Numbered from the stretch's first letter, positions 22,406 to 32,000 are shown. The stretch: 32,000 nucleotides of DNA from Acaryochloris marina S15 (GCF_018336915.1 NZ_CP064923.1:1260001-1292000); one strand, 5' to 3'. Notes: generated by a model from the sequence alone, not told the origin. Made by a program: numbers and translations.

Positions 22406-24292
22406 TTAGGCTGTTTTGTTGTGGGCCGTTTCTTGAAAAGGGTCTTCTGTCTGTCGATGCCATTCGGTGAGGTGTGAATGCACATCGACGGTATAAAGGG
22501 TTGCAGATTGTTCTGACCAGGTGCCGACCATGAATCCTTGCCCAGCCCCGGCACAAACTGCGATCTTTTCGTTGGCGCCTATCGGCAACTGGAAGTGGCT
22601 TAAGGGATGTCCATTATGGCTAAGGACTAGAACTTGATGGGTTGCTAACAACACATATCCCCAAGGGGTGGCAAGAATTTGTTCTGGTTGAAGTGCTAAA
22701 GATAGTTTCGTGAGTCGCCAAGGTTTTAAATCAATTAAGAAGGCAGTCTGAGGATCCTGCTTGCTCACGGCCAATAATCGATAGGGGTTGGCAACACTTT
22801 GAGTAATCTGTTGCAGGGGGATGGGAACCGAAAAGGGTTGGAAGCTGTTGCCTTTGCGAGTAAATCCCTGAAAATGACTTTGGTCCTCGTCTACGGAAAT
22901 GGCGACACCAAAACGGGAGTCCAATACAAATAGCCAGTTGGGTTTACGAATCAAAACAGGCTGGTGGATGGGCTGCATCTGGGGCCATTGGAAAATTTGT
23001 AATAGAGCTTGACTGCCTAGTTCAGCTCCTTGAACAGCCTCGAAGGATTGCTGGCCGCAGGCAATGGCCAGCCAGTTCTGTTCGGGTCGCCAGCCAATTT
23101 TGTTGTTCTGCCCCCAATCAATACCTGAGAGGTTTTCGATGGTGGGTAGATCGCAGGGTTGGGAATCTACTGTATTTTTCAGGGATAAGGGATGTAGGCG
23201 AGAGGGTTGTTTGAAGGTGTTGCCCTGGATGGTACGGACCCAGGCTTGGCCACCTCCCCAGAATAAGTCCGTGACCGGTAGTGCGAACTGCCACTGCTGC
23301 TTTTGAAATGGACCCGGTGCTGGAAAATCCGTGGAATAGGATCGGCAAATGACCTTGTTGTGGCTACCTAAGTAAACTTGATGGTCCTGTATGTGTAGAC
23401 AGTGGATAGGACTCGGATATTGCTCTTGTTGAATATTGAGCAAGTCAGGATTCTCTGGCCATCGCTGGCTAGGAGCAAGGGTACAGTTAGGATCCTCTGA
23501 CGCTAAAATATCTGCAGCAAGCACGACGGCATTGAGCATGTCCGTTGCGCTCTTAAAACGTTTCTGAGGGAGTTTTTGCAGAGCAGTTTTGAGAACTGAA
23601 CGCAGTAGAAAGGGAACATCCTGAGGAATCTGAGCGGCTTCATTCAGATGGGCGGTCATCAGTTCGCCAGGCAGTCCGATGAAGGGACGTTTGTTCATTA
23701 ATAACTCATACAGCATGACGCCGACCGCATAGAGATCCGAGGCGTAGGAATGTTGACTGTAAAATCGTTCGGGTGCCATATAGGCTGGAGATCCAGTGTC
23801 TCCCTGACCTAAGACACCAAATCCTGCTTCTTCGGCTAATCGAGCTATACCAAAATCGGTGATTCTAGCGGTTGTCCCATTCTCGGTATGGGTGAGTAAG
23901 ATATTTTCTGGTTTGAGGTCGCAGTGAATGATGTCGTTCTGGTGGGCATATTCCAACCCTTTGAGCACATCGATGATGAGCTGCAACCGTTGCTGAAAGC
24001 TGAGGTGTACGGGATGTATGAGTAAATCTCGTAAGGTGCCACCCTCGCAATAGTCCATGACCAAATACCGTTCTGTGGCGGTGTAGGTAATGGTCTGAAC
24101 CGAGACAATGTTGGGATGTTGCAAACTGGCGAGTAACCGCAACTCCCGCAGAAAAAAGCGAGTCGGAAGCTCTCGTTTGTTGAGTACTTTGAGGGCCACT
24201 AATGATCCAGTGTTGCGATCGCGAGCACAAAGCACTCGACCAAATTGGCCCTGACCAACCAGCCCTAAAATGCGATATTGAGTGGGAGACAT
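22406..24292 (-). CDS. Hanks-type Ser/Thr protein kinase with ~330-aa unassigned C-terminal domain
   Basis: Contains GQGQFGRV, VALKV, HCDLKPENILL, DFGIA and SPAYMAPE motifs. ATG at 24292 (MSPTQYRILG); the track start at 24310 is a TTG. The C-terminal half has no obvious hydrophobic TM segment and is W/Q-rich, possibly a beta-propeller-like repeat. Confidence 0.9.
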   Translation of the reverse strand: MSPTQYRILGLVGQGQFGRVLCARDRNTGSLVALKVLNKRELPTRFFLRELRLLASLQHPNIVSVQTITYTATERYLVMDYCEGGTLRDLLIHPVHLSFQQRLQLIIDVLKGLEYAHQNDIIHCDLKPENILLTHTENGTTARITDFGIARLAEEAGFGVLGQGDTGSPAYMAPERFYSQHSYASDLYAVGVMLYELLMNKRPFIGLPGELMTAHLNEAAQIPQDVPFLLRSVLKTALQKLPQKRFKSATDMLNAVVLAADILASEDPNCTLAPSQRWPENPDLLNIQQEQYPSPIHCLHIQDHQVYLGSHNKVICRSYSTDFPAPGPFQKQQWQFALPVTDLFWGGGQAWVRTIQGNTFKQPSRLHPLSLKNTVDSQPCDLPTIENLSGIDWGQNNKIGWRPEQNWLAIACGQQSFEAVQGAELGSQALLQIFQWPQMQPIHQPVLIRKPNWLFVLDSRFGVAISVDEDQSHFQGFTRKGNSFQPFSVPIPLQQITQSVANPYRLLAVSKQDPQTAFLIDLKPWRLTKLSLALQPEQILATPWGYVLLATHQVLVLSHNGHPLSHFQLPIGANEKIAVCAGAGQGFMVGTWSEQSATLYTVDVHSHLTEWHRQTEDPFQETAHNKTA

Positions 24293-24405
24293 CCCAGCCC
24301 ATGGCCTCAAAATGATTATGTTCTTATTGAGCCCAGATGGATGGGGTGACCTATCAAAAAATATCTATGATTAGATAGATAGAGCGTATATCCGCCGGAT
24401 TTACC

Positions 24406-25161
24406 TTAGGTCAAGGCAGTTGGCTGGTAGCTTTTGATGATCCGGCCTGCGCCATGGATCTGGCTATAGTAAGCTTGGGTGACCGCATCTCCAGAGGGGG
24501 AGAGTAAGTCAATACCGATGCCATTGCGGCCTTGCTCCGTACCTGAACTATGAATATATTTGCCGTCGCCCAGGTACAAAGCAACATGATTTGCTTTTTC
24601 AATGGGGCCAAAAAAGATTAAATCGCCTGTTTGCAGGATCTGGGTAAAGTCTTGGACTTCAGAACCAGGGTTCGTGAGGGTTTGGGTAAATGCTTCCTGT
24701 TGATAGGCATCTCGGGGCAGCCAAATACCTTGTTCTGCAAAGGCTCGCTGCATGAGTCCTGAGCAGTCAAAGTTAGGACCGATGGTGCCTCCCCATAAAT
24801 ACTGATTGGGTTGGTCCATGGCTGCCAACATAAAGGCAATCACATATTGCAGCCGAGACGAAATTTGATCGCGGGTGAGAGAGGAGGCTTGATAGGACTG
24901 GGCTGCAGGTTCGAGTGTAGTGAGTGCCTGAGGTCCAAGCCAACCGGGATAGTCATCTTCGCAAAGGCGAACAGCCAGGGTTTGTTCTGCTTGGGGCAGG
25001 TCGGACAAACAGAACTTCAACTGTCGACCTGGCCAAGCCTGGGTTGCTAAAGCTTTGGAGGTTGGAGCATCCAGTAAATCAAGGGGGGCGCCAAGGCGAT
25101 ACTCAACCGAAGATAAAACGCCGTCTTTTAGCTGCGCTTTCAGCGTATCAATGGACACCAT
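24406..25161 (-). CDS. NlpC/P60 family cell-wall peptidase
   Basis: Catalytic region NFDCSGLMQRAF...GDLIFFG...ANHVALYLGDGKYIHSSG (Cys-His pattern) with an N-terminal SH3-like region. ATG at 25161; the alternative TTG at 25173 is the track start. Confidence 0.85.
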   Translation of the reverse strand: MVSIDTLKAQLKDGVLSSVEYRLGAPLDLLDAPTSKALATQAWPGRQLKFCLSDLPQAEQTLAVRLCEDDYPGWLGPQALTTLEPAAQSYQASSLTRDQISSRLQYVIAFMLAAMDQPNQYLWGGTIGPNFDCSGLMQRAFAEQGIWLPRDAYQQEAFTQTLTNPGSEVQDFTQILQTGDLIFFGPIEKANHVALYLGDGKYIHSSGTEQGRNGIGIDLLSPSGDAVTQAYYSQIHGAGRIIKSYQPTALT

Positions 25162-25227
25162 AACAATGGACAAGGTTGCGATCGCAACTCAAATGCATCT
25201 CGATCAATGAGCCTGGAAGCGTTAGGG

Positions 25228-25452
25228 TTACTTTTTGCGTAAGCGGTAGGTAATCCGTCCTTTGGTGAGATCGTAGGGAGTCAGCTCTACCTTGACACGA
25301 TCACCGGGCAAAATTTTGATGTAGTTTCGCCGAATCTTGCCAGAGATATGGGCTAGAACATTAAACCCGTTATCTAGGTCCACGCGAAACATGGCATTCG
25401 GTAACGATTCTGTGACCGTACCTTCCATTTCAATCGCATCTTGCTTAGCCAA
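25228..25452 (-). CDS. infA: Translation initiation factor IF-1
   Basis: [74 protein letters not shown] aligns end to end with bacterial IF-1. The start codon is TTG, preceded by TAGGAGGA. Confidence 0.97.
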   Translation of the reverse strand: MAKQDAIEMEGTVTESLPNAMFRVDLDNGFNVLAHISGKIRRNYIKILPGDRVKVELTPYDLTKGRITYRLRKK

Positions 25453-25536
25453 AAAGTTGATCCTCCTAGGGATGAGTTAGTACCGATTTATCGGTAGAGT
25501 GATTATCCAAGGTTTCTACACAAAAAGTATAAAGAA

Positions 25537-26097
25537 TTATGTGAGATCTGCCAAAGCGGCTTTGATTCGATCCGTCACTGCTTCCACAGTTGCATCGCCA
25601 TCAATATCTACTAAGCAGTTACGCTCACGATAAAAATTTAAAACGGGAGCTGTTTCTCGATGATAAATCTGAAGACGATCTTGGATAACGGCTTCGGAAT
25701 CATCTTTGCGGCCTCGGCTGAGTAAGCGGGCCACTAAATTCTGTTCGGGAACCTGGAGATTGATGACGCGATCGCAACTTTGGTTCATCTCTTGCAAAAG
25801 CTTATCCAAGGTTTGAGCTTGGGGAATGGTTCGAGGAAATCCATCCAATAACCATCCGCTCGCAGTATCGGGTTGAGCCAATCGCTCTTTCACCATATCA
25901 ATCACCACTTGGTCTGGGACCAGTTGGCCTTGATCCATATAGGACTGCACTTTCAACCCCAAAGGTGTTTTACCCGAAATGGCAGCTCGGAACAAATCTC
26001 CAGTTGAGATATGAGGGATATTATAGTCTGCAGCTAGAGAAACGGCTTGTGTCCCTTTGCCCGCACCAGGTGGCCCAAACAGAATTAAACGTGCCAC
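25537..26097 (-). CDS. adk: Adenylate kinase
   Basis: MARLILFGPPGAGKGTQA P-loop and full-length Adk similarity. The GTG start overlaps the secY stop by 1 nt (TAGTG). Confidence 0.97.
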   Translation of the reverse strand: MARLILFGPPGAGKGTQAVSLAADYNIPHISTGDLFRAAISGKTPLGLKVQSYMDQGQLVPDQVVIDMVKERLAQPDTASGWLLDGFPRTIPQAQTLDKLLQEMNQSCDRVINLQVPEQNLVARLLSRGRKDDSEAVIQDRLQIYHRETAPVLNFYRERNCLVDIDGDATVEAVTDRIKAALADLT

Positions 26098-27404
26098 TAC
26101 TGTTTCACCATCCCTTCATACCGTTGGGAAATCACATAGGTCTGAATTTGCTTGGCCGTATCAATCGCAACACCCACCAAAATCAGAAGTGATGTGGCTC
26201 CAAAACCAGAAAAGATACCGCCACCGACGACCCTCTCTGCAGCCACTGGAACCAATACGACAGCACCTAGGAAGAAAGCACCGAGAAGTGTTAATCGATT
26301 CAAAACCTTCTCTACATATTCCGTCGTTGCCCGTCCAGGACGAATCCCTGGAATACTTGCTCCCATCTTCTTCAAGTTCTGAGACATATCAATGGGATTG
26401 ACCACCAAAGATGCGTAGAAATAACTGAAGAAAACAATCATCGATAGATAGAAAATCACATAGACCCAAGGCAACGAACTATTGGGGCTAAGATACCCAG
26501 CAAATTCAATGATGGTTGGGTTGTTGGTTAGTCCTGCTAAAGTTCCAGGCAGAATCAACATAGCCGAGGCGAAAATAATGGGCATCACCCCACCCGAGTT
26601 TAATCGAAGAGGCAGATAACTTTTTTGCTCTTGATAGGTTCGACGTCCTACTTGTCGTCGAGCATAGACGATAGGAATTCGACGAGTTCCTTCCTGGACA
26701 AACACAATACCCACAATCATCAGGATGAAAACGGAAATCAAAATGATGACTTTAGAGACTTCGCCTTGCTCAGCAATCTGTAAAGCGTTACCTAGAGTGC
26801 TGGGCAAACCAGAAACAATACTCAAAAAGATTAGTAAGGAAGCACCGTTACCTACTCCTCTTTCAGTAATCAGCTCACCCACCCACATCACAAACATGGA
26901 ACCAGCCGTTAAGGCTACTACCATCTGAACGATGAAGATAGTACCAGGATTGAAAACCACACCCTCAGCACTATTAATGAGAATGGCAAACCCAGTACTC
27001 TGAATGATGGCCCATCCCAAAGCTACGTAGCGAGTGATTTGGGAGATTTTCCGGCGTCCTGCTTCCCCTTCATCTTTTTGCAAGCGCTCCAAAGAAGGCA
27101 GCGCAGCCGTTAACAACTGCAAAATGATAGAGGCATTAATAAAGGGAATAATCCCTAAAGCAAAAATCCCTAGGGCAGAAAAACCACCACCAGAGAAAAA
27201 GTCCAAAAAACCAAAAACAGGGTTACCAGCAAAGGTTGATGTAAAGGCGGCGCGGTTGATACCTGGAACGGGCAATCGAACACCCAGTCGGACCAGAATC
27301 AATAGCCCAAGGGTAATAAAAACCCGACCTCTAAGCCCAGCTGCCTGGGCCATTTGCATAAAAGTCTCTTGGGCGGATGGTGTTTTACCTCTGCTGACAA
27401 CCAT
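26097..27404 (-). CDS. secY: Preprotein translocase subunit SecY
   Basis: 435-aa polytopic membrane protein in the canonical position between rplO and adk. Contains SecY motifs such as GIFALGIIPFINASIILQLL. Confidence 0.97.
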   Translation of the reverse strand: MVVSRGKTPSAQETFMQMAQAAGLRGRVFITLGLLILVRLGVRLPVPGINRAAFTSTFAGNPVFGFLDFFSGGGFSALGIFALGIIPFINASIILQLLTAALPSLERLQKDEGEAGRRKISQITRYVALGWAIIQSTGFAILINSAEGVVFNPGTIFIVQMVVALTAGSMFVMWVGELITERGVGNGASLLIFLSIVSGLPSTLGNALQIAEQGEVSKVIILISVFILMIVGIVFVQEGTRRIPIVYARRQVGRRTYQEQKSYLPLRLNSGGVMPIIFASAMLILPGTLAGLTNNPTIIEFAGYLSPNSSLPWVYVIFYLSMIVFFSYFYASLVVNPIDMSQNLKKMGASIPGIRPGRATTEYVEKVLNRLTLLGAFFLGAVVLVPVAAERVVGGGIFSGFGATSLLILVGVAIDTAKQIQTYVISQRYEGMVKQ

Positions 27405-27446
27405 GTCAGGGATACCTCTCTAAAAGCCGATTAAAAATGAAAGATG

Positions 27447-27896
27447 TTAAGACTCAGTAGATTGAAAGCTACCACCGGCCCCTTCGATTTTGGCGATCGC
27501 AGATTTAGTTGCTGCCGCTGCTTGCACATTGAGTGCAACCGTTAGCTCACCATCTCCTAATACTTTCAAAGGCCCATCATTGGATGTAATGATGCCTTCG
27601 GTCATCAGAGACTCAAGGGTGACATCGGACTTTGCTTTCAATTCATTAAGCTTACCTACATTAATCGTAGTGTATTGCTTCTGATTGATCAGCGTAAAAT
27701 GCTTTAACTTAGGTACTCGACGGTACAAAGGGTTTTGTCCACCCTCAAATCCAGGGCGAGTCGGGCGACCTGAACGAGATTTTTGACCGCGCATCCCAAA
27801 GCCACAGCTAGCACCTTGGCCAGCAGCGATTCCTCGGCCTACACGGCGACGTCGATGTTGGGAACCGGTTTTGGGTTTAGGATCGTTTAGTCTCAT
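27447..27896 (-). CDS. rplO: 50S ribosomal protein L15
   Basis: [43 protein letters not shown]... in spc-operon context. Confidence 0.97.
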   Translation of the reverse strand: MRLNDPKPKTGSQHRRRRVGRGIAAGQGASCGFGMRGQKSRSGRPTRPGFEGGQNPLYRRVPKLKHFTLINQKQYTTINVGKLNELKAKSDVTLESLMTEGIITSNDGPLKVLGDGELTVALNVQAAAATKSAIAKIEGAGGSFQSTES

Positions 27897-27956
27897 GATC
27901 TTGTTAAGTCAGGGGCTAGAGGTTAATAAACTGTTTTGCTTAGGCTATTTAGAGCA

Positions 27957-28490
27957 CTAAGTGGCAGCATAGAGTTTTTCCACTGCAATGCCTCGTTCAC
28001 TGGCCACCTCAGAAAAGGTGCGGAGAGATGACAGGGCATTAAGAGTCGCACGAGCATTATTCAAAGGATTATCGGAACCCAACTGTTTCGCTAGTACATT
28101 GCGAACGCCAGCTAGTTCTAGAACAGTGCGAACTGCACCACCAGCAATCACACCCGTACCAGGTGCGGCAGGGCGCATCATCACTTTTGCGGCTCCTCCC
28201 CGACCGATCATTGGATGGGGAATTGAGTTGGATCGGGTCAAAGGAACTTCGACTAGCTGCTTCTTGCCATCGGCAACGCCTTTGCGAACGGCACCAATCA
28301 CATCGCTGGCTTTACCCACGCCGACGCCTACTTGGCCCCGCTCATTTCCAACCACAACAATGGCTCTAAAACTGAGTTTTTTACCACCCTTGACGACCTT
28401 CGAGACTCGCCGAATTTGGACGACTCGCTCTTGCCAGGTGGAGTCTTTTTCTTTGTTACGGTTGTTTTTGCGACGATTTTCCTTTGCCAT
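27957..28490 (-). CDS. rpsE: 30S ribosomal protein S5
   Basis: ...[40 protein letters not shown]... in operon context. Confidence 0.97.
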   Translation of the reverse strand: MAKENRRKNNRNKEKDSTWQERVVQIRRVSKVVKGGKKLSFRAIVVVGNERGQVGVGVGKASDVIGAVRKGVADGKKQLVEVPLTRSNSIPHPMIGRGGAAKVMMRPAAPGTGVIAGGAVRTVLELAGVRNVLAKQLGSDNPLNNARATLNALSSLRTFSEVASERGIAVEKLYAAT

Positions 28491-28504
28491 GGATAATATC
28501 CTAC

Positions 28505-28861
28505 TTAAAATTCTAAGCCAGCTTCACGAGCAGCATCAGCCAAAGCCTTGACTCGCCCGTGATATAAATTACCGCCGCGATCGAAGACTACGGCCTTGAC
28601 GCCTTTTTCAATCGCTCGCTCAGCCACCAACTTGCCTACTGCAGTAGAGGCATCACAGGTTGCCCCTGAAGATGATTTGAGGTCAGATTCGACGGTTGAT
28701 GCTGCAGCCAAGGTATGGTGCTGGGCATCATCAATCACCTGAGCATAAATATGATGATTCGATCGAAATACGGCTAACCGAGGTCTCTCAGCAGTTCCCG
28801 CAACCTTACGGCGAACTCGCTTATGTCGACTACGGGTTGCATCTTTGCGAGTGGTTTTCAT
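28505..28861 (-). CDS. rplR: 50S ribosomal protein L18
   Basis: ...[20 protein letters not shown]...[27 protein letters not shown]. The start overlaps the rplF stop (TAATG). Confidence 0.97.
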   Translation of the reverse strand: MKTTRKDATRSRHKRVRRKVAGTAERPRLAVFRSNHHIYAQVIDDAQHHTLAAASTVESDLKSSSGATCDASTAVGKLVAERAIEKGVKAVVFDRGGNLYHGRVKALADAAREAGLEF

Positions 28862-29400
28862 TATTTCTTACCTGCCTTACCAACCTTACGGCGGACAAAC
28901 TCATCGGCGTAGCGAATCCCCTTGCCCTTATAGGGTTCGGGAGGACGTACTGCCCGAATCCGAGCAGCGGTGTTGCCGACTACTTCTTTATTAATGCCAC
29001 TGACAGTGACATTCGTGTTGCTGTCTACAGCCACTTGGATGCCTTCGGGTGGCTCAATGGTGACGGGATTGCTGTAGCCGACGTTCAAAATTAAATTACG
29101 GCCTTGAACCTGAGCTCGATATCCCACCCCTTGGATTTGCAATTTCTTCTCAAATCCTTTGGAGACCCCTTCAACCATGTTGGCAATCAGCGTTCGGGAT
29201 AAACCGTGGCGCTGGCGAGCAACTCGCGATTCGTTCCGACGCGTCACTGTGACCACATTGTCGGCCTGATCAATGGCGACTTCTGGGGTTAACTCTCTGG
29301 ATAACTCTCCTTTAGGGCCTTTTACAGTAACGGCTTGCCCTTTAATCGTGACATTCACTTTGTCAGGAATAGGAATGGGTACCTTACCGATGCGAGACAT
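28861..29400 (-). CDS. rplF: 50S ribosomal protein L6
   Basis: [33 protein letters not shown]... in operon context. Confidence 0.97.
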   Translation of the reverse strand: MSRIGKVPIPIPDKVNVTIKGQAVTVKGPKGELSRELTPEVAIDQADNVVTVTRRNESRVARQRHGLSRTLIANMVEGVSKGFEKKLQIQGVGYRAQVQGRNLILNVGYSNPVTIEPPEGIQVAVDSNTNVTVSGINKEVVGNTAARIRAVRPPEPYKGKGIRYADEFVRRKVGKAGKK

Positions 29401-29438
29401 AGTCTAACTCCGTGTCAATAACTGCAAGAGGGCTGGGT

Positions 29439-29840
29439 TTACCACACATAGCAAAGGACTTCTCCACCAACCCCTGTTTGGCGGGCGTCTCGATCGGTCA
29501 TGATGCCACTGGATGTGGAAACAATCGCGATGCCGATGCCGCCTAAGACTCTCGGTAAGTCACGTCGATTGGAGTAGACTCTAAGACCCGGCTTACTGAT
29601 GCGCTTCAAGGTGTTGATGATCGGCTGCCGGTTTTTGCCACGATACTTCAGCGTAATGACTAGGCGCCGTTCTACCCCTTCGCCAGACTCTTCAAAGCTG
29701 GTAATAAAGCCTTCATCCTTTAGCACCGAAGCTACGCTTCGGGTCATTCGGGTCGACATGACTTGTGTCGTTTGATGCCGTGCTAGATTCGCATTGCGGA
29801 TCCGCGTGAGCATATCACCAATAGTGTCATTAGCTGCCAT
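29439..29840 (-). CDS. rpsH: 30S ribosomal protein S8
   Basis: ...[18 protein letters not shown]...GGEVLCYVW. Confidence 0.97.
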   Translation of the reverse strand: MAANDTIGDMLTRIRNANLARHQTTQVMSTRMTRSVASVLKDEGFITSFEESGEGVERRLVITLKYRGKNRQPIINTLKRISKPGLRVYSNRRDLPRVLGGIGIAIVSTSSGIMTDRDARQTGVGGEVLCYVW

Positions 29841-29875
29841 AATTACTCCTTATGAACCGCCCCCTTCGAAACAAC

Positions 29876-30421
29876 TTAATTTTCACGGAAGGGCATTCCC
29901 AAAACTTTTAACAGGGCACGACCTTCTTCATCGGTTTTGGCAGTCGTGATAATCGAAATATCCATACCTCGAATTTGATCAATGCTGTCGTAATCAACTT
30001 CAGGAAAGATGAGTTGTTCTCGCAATCCTAAAGTGTAATTCCCCCGACCATCGAAACTTTTGGGACTTACCCCACGAAAGTCGCGAATTCTTGGCAAAGC
30101 GAGATTTACCAATCGATCGAGAAAAGCATACATCCGCTCTCCTCTGAGGGTAACCATGACCCCGACGGGCATCCCTTGCCGAATTTTGAAGCCTGCAATC
30201 GCTTTCTTGGCTCGGGTCACCACAGGTCGTTGACCTGTAATCACCGCTAATTCTGCCAGGGAGCGTTCGAGAGCTTTCGCGTTTTGTGATGCTTCGCCCA
30301 AACCTCGGTTAACCGAAACCTTGGCTACTTTGGGGATTTCATGGGCATTTTTATACTTAAACTGTTCCTGTAATTTGGGAACGGCAGTATCGAGATAGAG
30401 GGTTTTTAGTCGGACTGTCAT
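29876..30421 (-). CDS. rplE: 50S ribosomal protein L5
   Basis: ...[16 protein letters not shown]...[27 protein letters not shown]. Confidence 0.97.
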   Translation of the reverse strand: MTVRLKTLYLDTAVPKLQEQFKYKNAHEIPKVAKVSVNRGLGEASQNAKALERSLAELAVITGQRPVVTRAKKAIAGFKIRQGMPVGVMVTLRGERMYAFLDRLVNLALPRIRDFRGVSPKSFDGRGNYTLGLREQLIFPEVDYDSIDQIRGMDISIITTAKTDEEGRALLKVLGMPFREN

Positions 30422-30477
30422 TACTTTTCTATCCTGTAGCGCCCTGGGCTTGGTCAGGGCAAAAATGAGCGTTGTCG

Positions 30478-30825
30478 CTAGTCAATGATTTCACCAGTTT
30501 TTTTCAGCATTCTGACCTTGCGGCCTGAATCGTCAAAGGTATAGCAAACCCGGCTAGCTACGTTTTCTTTGTTGGAGTACAGCATCACATTGGAACTATG
30601 GATGGGGAACTCTACCGTAGAAATCTGACCTGATTCACTTTCAGAGCGAGGTTTGACATGCTTTGTTTTGATGTTGACGCCTTCAACCACAACTTGACTG
30701 AGCTTGGGTAAAACATCAATCACTTCACCCACTTTGGCCTTGTCTTTGCCAGCGATGACTTGGACTGTGTCTCCCTTCTTGACGTGCATCTTGAAGCGTT
30801 TAATAGTTGACTTTTTCTTAGCCAT
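30478..30825 (-). CDS. rplX: 50S ribosomal protein L24
   Basis: ...[23 protein letters not shown]... KOW motif. The start overlaps the rplN stop (TAATG). Confidence 0.96.
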   Translation of the reverse strand: MAKKKSTIKRFKMHVKKGDTVQVIAGKDKAKVGEVIDVLPKLSQVVVEGVNIKTKHVKPRSESESGQISTVEFPIHSSNVMLYSNKENVASRVCYTFDDSGRKVRMLKKTGEIID

Positions 30826-31193
30826 TAGAGCACCTCTGGCGCGAGAGAAACGATTTTAGTGAAGCTCTTGTCGCGGAGCTCACGAGCGACGGGGCCAAAC
30901 ACACGCGTGCCTCTGGGATTGCCATCTGGGTTAATTAATACCGCGGCATTGTCGTCGAAGCGAATACTCATGCCGCTATCTCGACAAATAGATTTGCGAG
31001 TACGGACGATAACGGCTCTGACCACATCAGATTTTTTGACAGGCATGTTTGGGGTTGCATCTTTGACGGTGGCAATAATGACATCGCCAACGCCACCATA
31101 TCGACGGTTGCCGCCACCGATAACCCGGATGCACAACAAGCGTTTAGCGCCGCTGTTGTCCGCAACATTAAGTGTGGTTTCTTGTTGAATCAT
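30825..31193 (-). CDS. rplN: 50S ribosomal protein L14
   Basis: [24 protein letters not shown]...SLAPEVL. Confidence 0.98.
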   Translation of the reverse strand: MIQQETTLNVADNSGAKRLLCIRVIGGGNRRYGGVGDVIIATVKDATPNMPVKKSDVVRAVIVRTRKSICRDSGMSIRFDDNAAVLINPDGNPRGTRVFGPVARELRDKSFTKIVSLAPEVL

Positions 31194-31204
31194 GATTCAG
31201 GTTC

Positions 31205-31456
31205 CTAGGGTCGATTAGCAGCCACTAAAACATCTGTTACCGTCCACCGCTTGGTGCGACTTAGGGGACGAGATTCTCGGATGCGCACGCGGTCACCAAC
31301 ATGGCAGGCATTTTCCTCGTCATGCACCTTATACCGGCGAGTTTGACCCACGATTTTTCCATACTTTCTATGAGGAACGCGGTTGGACACAGCGACTACA
31401 GCTGTTTTGTCCATCTTGTCACTGACAACAACCCCAATTCTTTCCTTAATAGCCAT
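31205..31456 (-). CDS. rpsQ: 30S ribosomal protein S17
   Basis: ...[16 protein letters not shown]...[30 protein letters not shown]. Confidence 0.97.
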   Translation of the reverse strand: MAIKERIGVVVSDKMDKTAVVAVSNRVPHRKYGKIVGQTRRYKVHDEENACHVGDRVRIRESRPLSRTKRWTVTDVLVAANRP

Positions 31457-31511
31457 TTTTTCTTACTCCAATAGTCCAAATCCGACGCATATATTTTGAA
31501 AAGCCGAGGTG

Positions 31512-31709
31512 TTAACTTTGCTGCTGCTGTTTCAAGGTCAGAAGCTGGGCGATTTGATGCTGGATATGCTTGAACTGATGGGGTGCAATGGTTTCTTTGG
31601 TTGCTTTTTGAAAGCGAAGATCAAAAAGCTCTTTTTTCAACTCTTGAACCTTGGCATCTACTTCTTCTGCAGACAGGTTTTGCAAATCAGCCATTTTTGA
31701 GAATGCCAT
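31512..31709 (-). CDS. rpmC: 50S ribosomal protein L29
   Basis: ...LSAEEVDAKVQELKKELFDLRFQKATKETIAPHQFKHIQHQIAQLLT. Confidence 0.95.
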   Translation of the reverse strand: MAFSKMADLQNLSAEEVDAKVQELKKELFDLRFQKATKETIAPHQFKHIQHQIAQLLTLKQQQQS

Positions 31710-31712
31710 GAC

Positions 31713-32000
31713 TTAGGACTCCTCCTTGGGACGCGCAACGAATTTAGTTTTGATGGGCATCTTGAAGGCTGCCAGTCTCATGGCTTCCCGAGCTGTCTCT
31801 TCATTAACACCGTTCATTTCATACATGATCCGACCCGGCTTGACCACGGCCACCCAATATTCAGGGGCACCTTTACCAGAACCCATCCGGGTTTCTGCGG
31901 GGCGCATGGTGACAGGCTTGTCTGGGAAGATGCGAATCCAAATGTTTCCACCCCGGCGGACGTAGCGGGTCATGGCTCGTCGTCCTGCTTCAATTTGACG
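31713..32000 (-). CDS. rplP: 50S ribosomal protein L16 (5' end outside window)
   Basis: The frame stays open to position 32000 ([31 protein letters not shown]...). The Met at 31973 is internal to L16. Confidence 0.96.
   Translation of the reverse strand, partial: RQIEAGRRAMTRYVRRGGNIWIRIFPDKPVTMRPAETRMGSGKGAPEYWVAVVKPGRIMYEMNGVNEETAREAMRLAAFKMPIKTKFVARPKEES

Noticed and set aside
27988-28551. Long antisense ORFs opposite well-supported genes (187 aa opposite rpsE; also 5340-5738, 19274-19765, 15389-15727, 8795-9058 and others in the track)
   Set aside because: These are shadow frames of strongly supported minus-strand genes. Their low-complexity or Arg/Pro/Ser-rich translations are typical of non-coding antisense frames.
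29841-29875. Absence of rpsN (S14) between rplE and rpsH, and of rpmD (L30) between rpsE and rplO, as possible deletions
   Set aside because: The gaps are only 35 and 60 bp with intact flanking genes. To my knowledge cyanobacterial spc operons normally lack both genes at these positions, so this is lineage-typical rather than anomalous.

Overview
Cyanobacterial chromosomal window. The evidence is at least 8 copies of the HIP1 octamer GCGATCGC and an S10/spc-type ribosomal operon lacking rpsN and rpmD. All family names below come from motifs read in the supplied translations, because no database search was possible.

Right third (25.2-32.0 kb, minus strand): rplP(partial)-rpmC-rpsQ-rplN-rplX-rplE-rpsH-rplF-rplR-rpsE-rplO-secY-adk-infA. 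The usual continuation (rpmJ-rpsM-rpsK-rpoA) is missing. An NlpC/P60 peptidase and a Hanks Ser/Thr kinase with an unassigned ~330-aa C-terminal domain follow instead.

Next comes a 1.3-kb stretch with no ORF of 60 aa or more. It contains a very AT-rich core and repeated AAAAGCTTTT palindromes.

The centre (3.6-21.1 kb, all minus strand) is the notable part: seven large genes for signal-peptide proteins.
- Five of the seven (A, B, C, F, G) carry DUF11-like (pilin/CnaB-like) beta-sandwich modules.
- D is a 1362-aa predicted outer-membrane protein with a Pro/Glu/Ala-rich spacer, Ig-like domains, a barrel of about 880 aa and a repeat tail. It is translationally coupled (TAATG) to the upstream DUF11/SdrD-B-like gene C.
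- E is a parallel beta-helix protein.
- F and G are two otherwise unrelated adhesin-like proteins that share a 203-aa C-terminal module (168/203 identical). G also has DUF4347, GEVED and vWA (intact MIDAS) domains.
- The locus contains no sortase, periplasmic chaperone, ATPase or ABC/MFP component.

I interpret this as a candidate undescribed surface-fibre/adhesin assembly system.

Left end: a secreted pentapeptide-repeat protein, a GAF-like/LuxR regulator, a two-domain rhodanese sulfurtransferase and a partial HEAT-like ORF.
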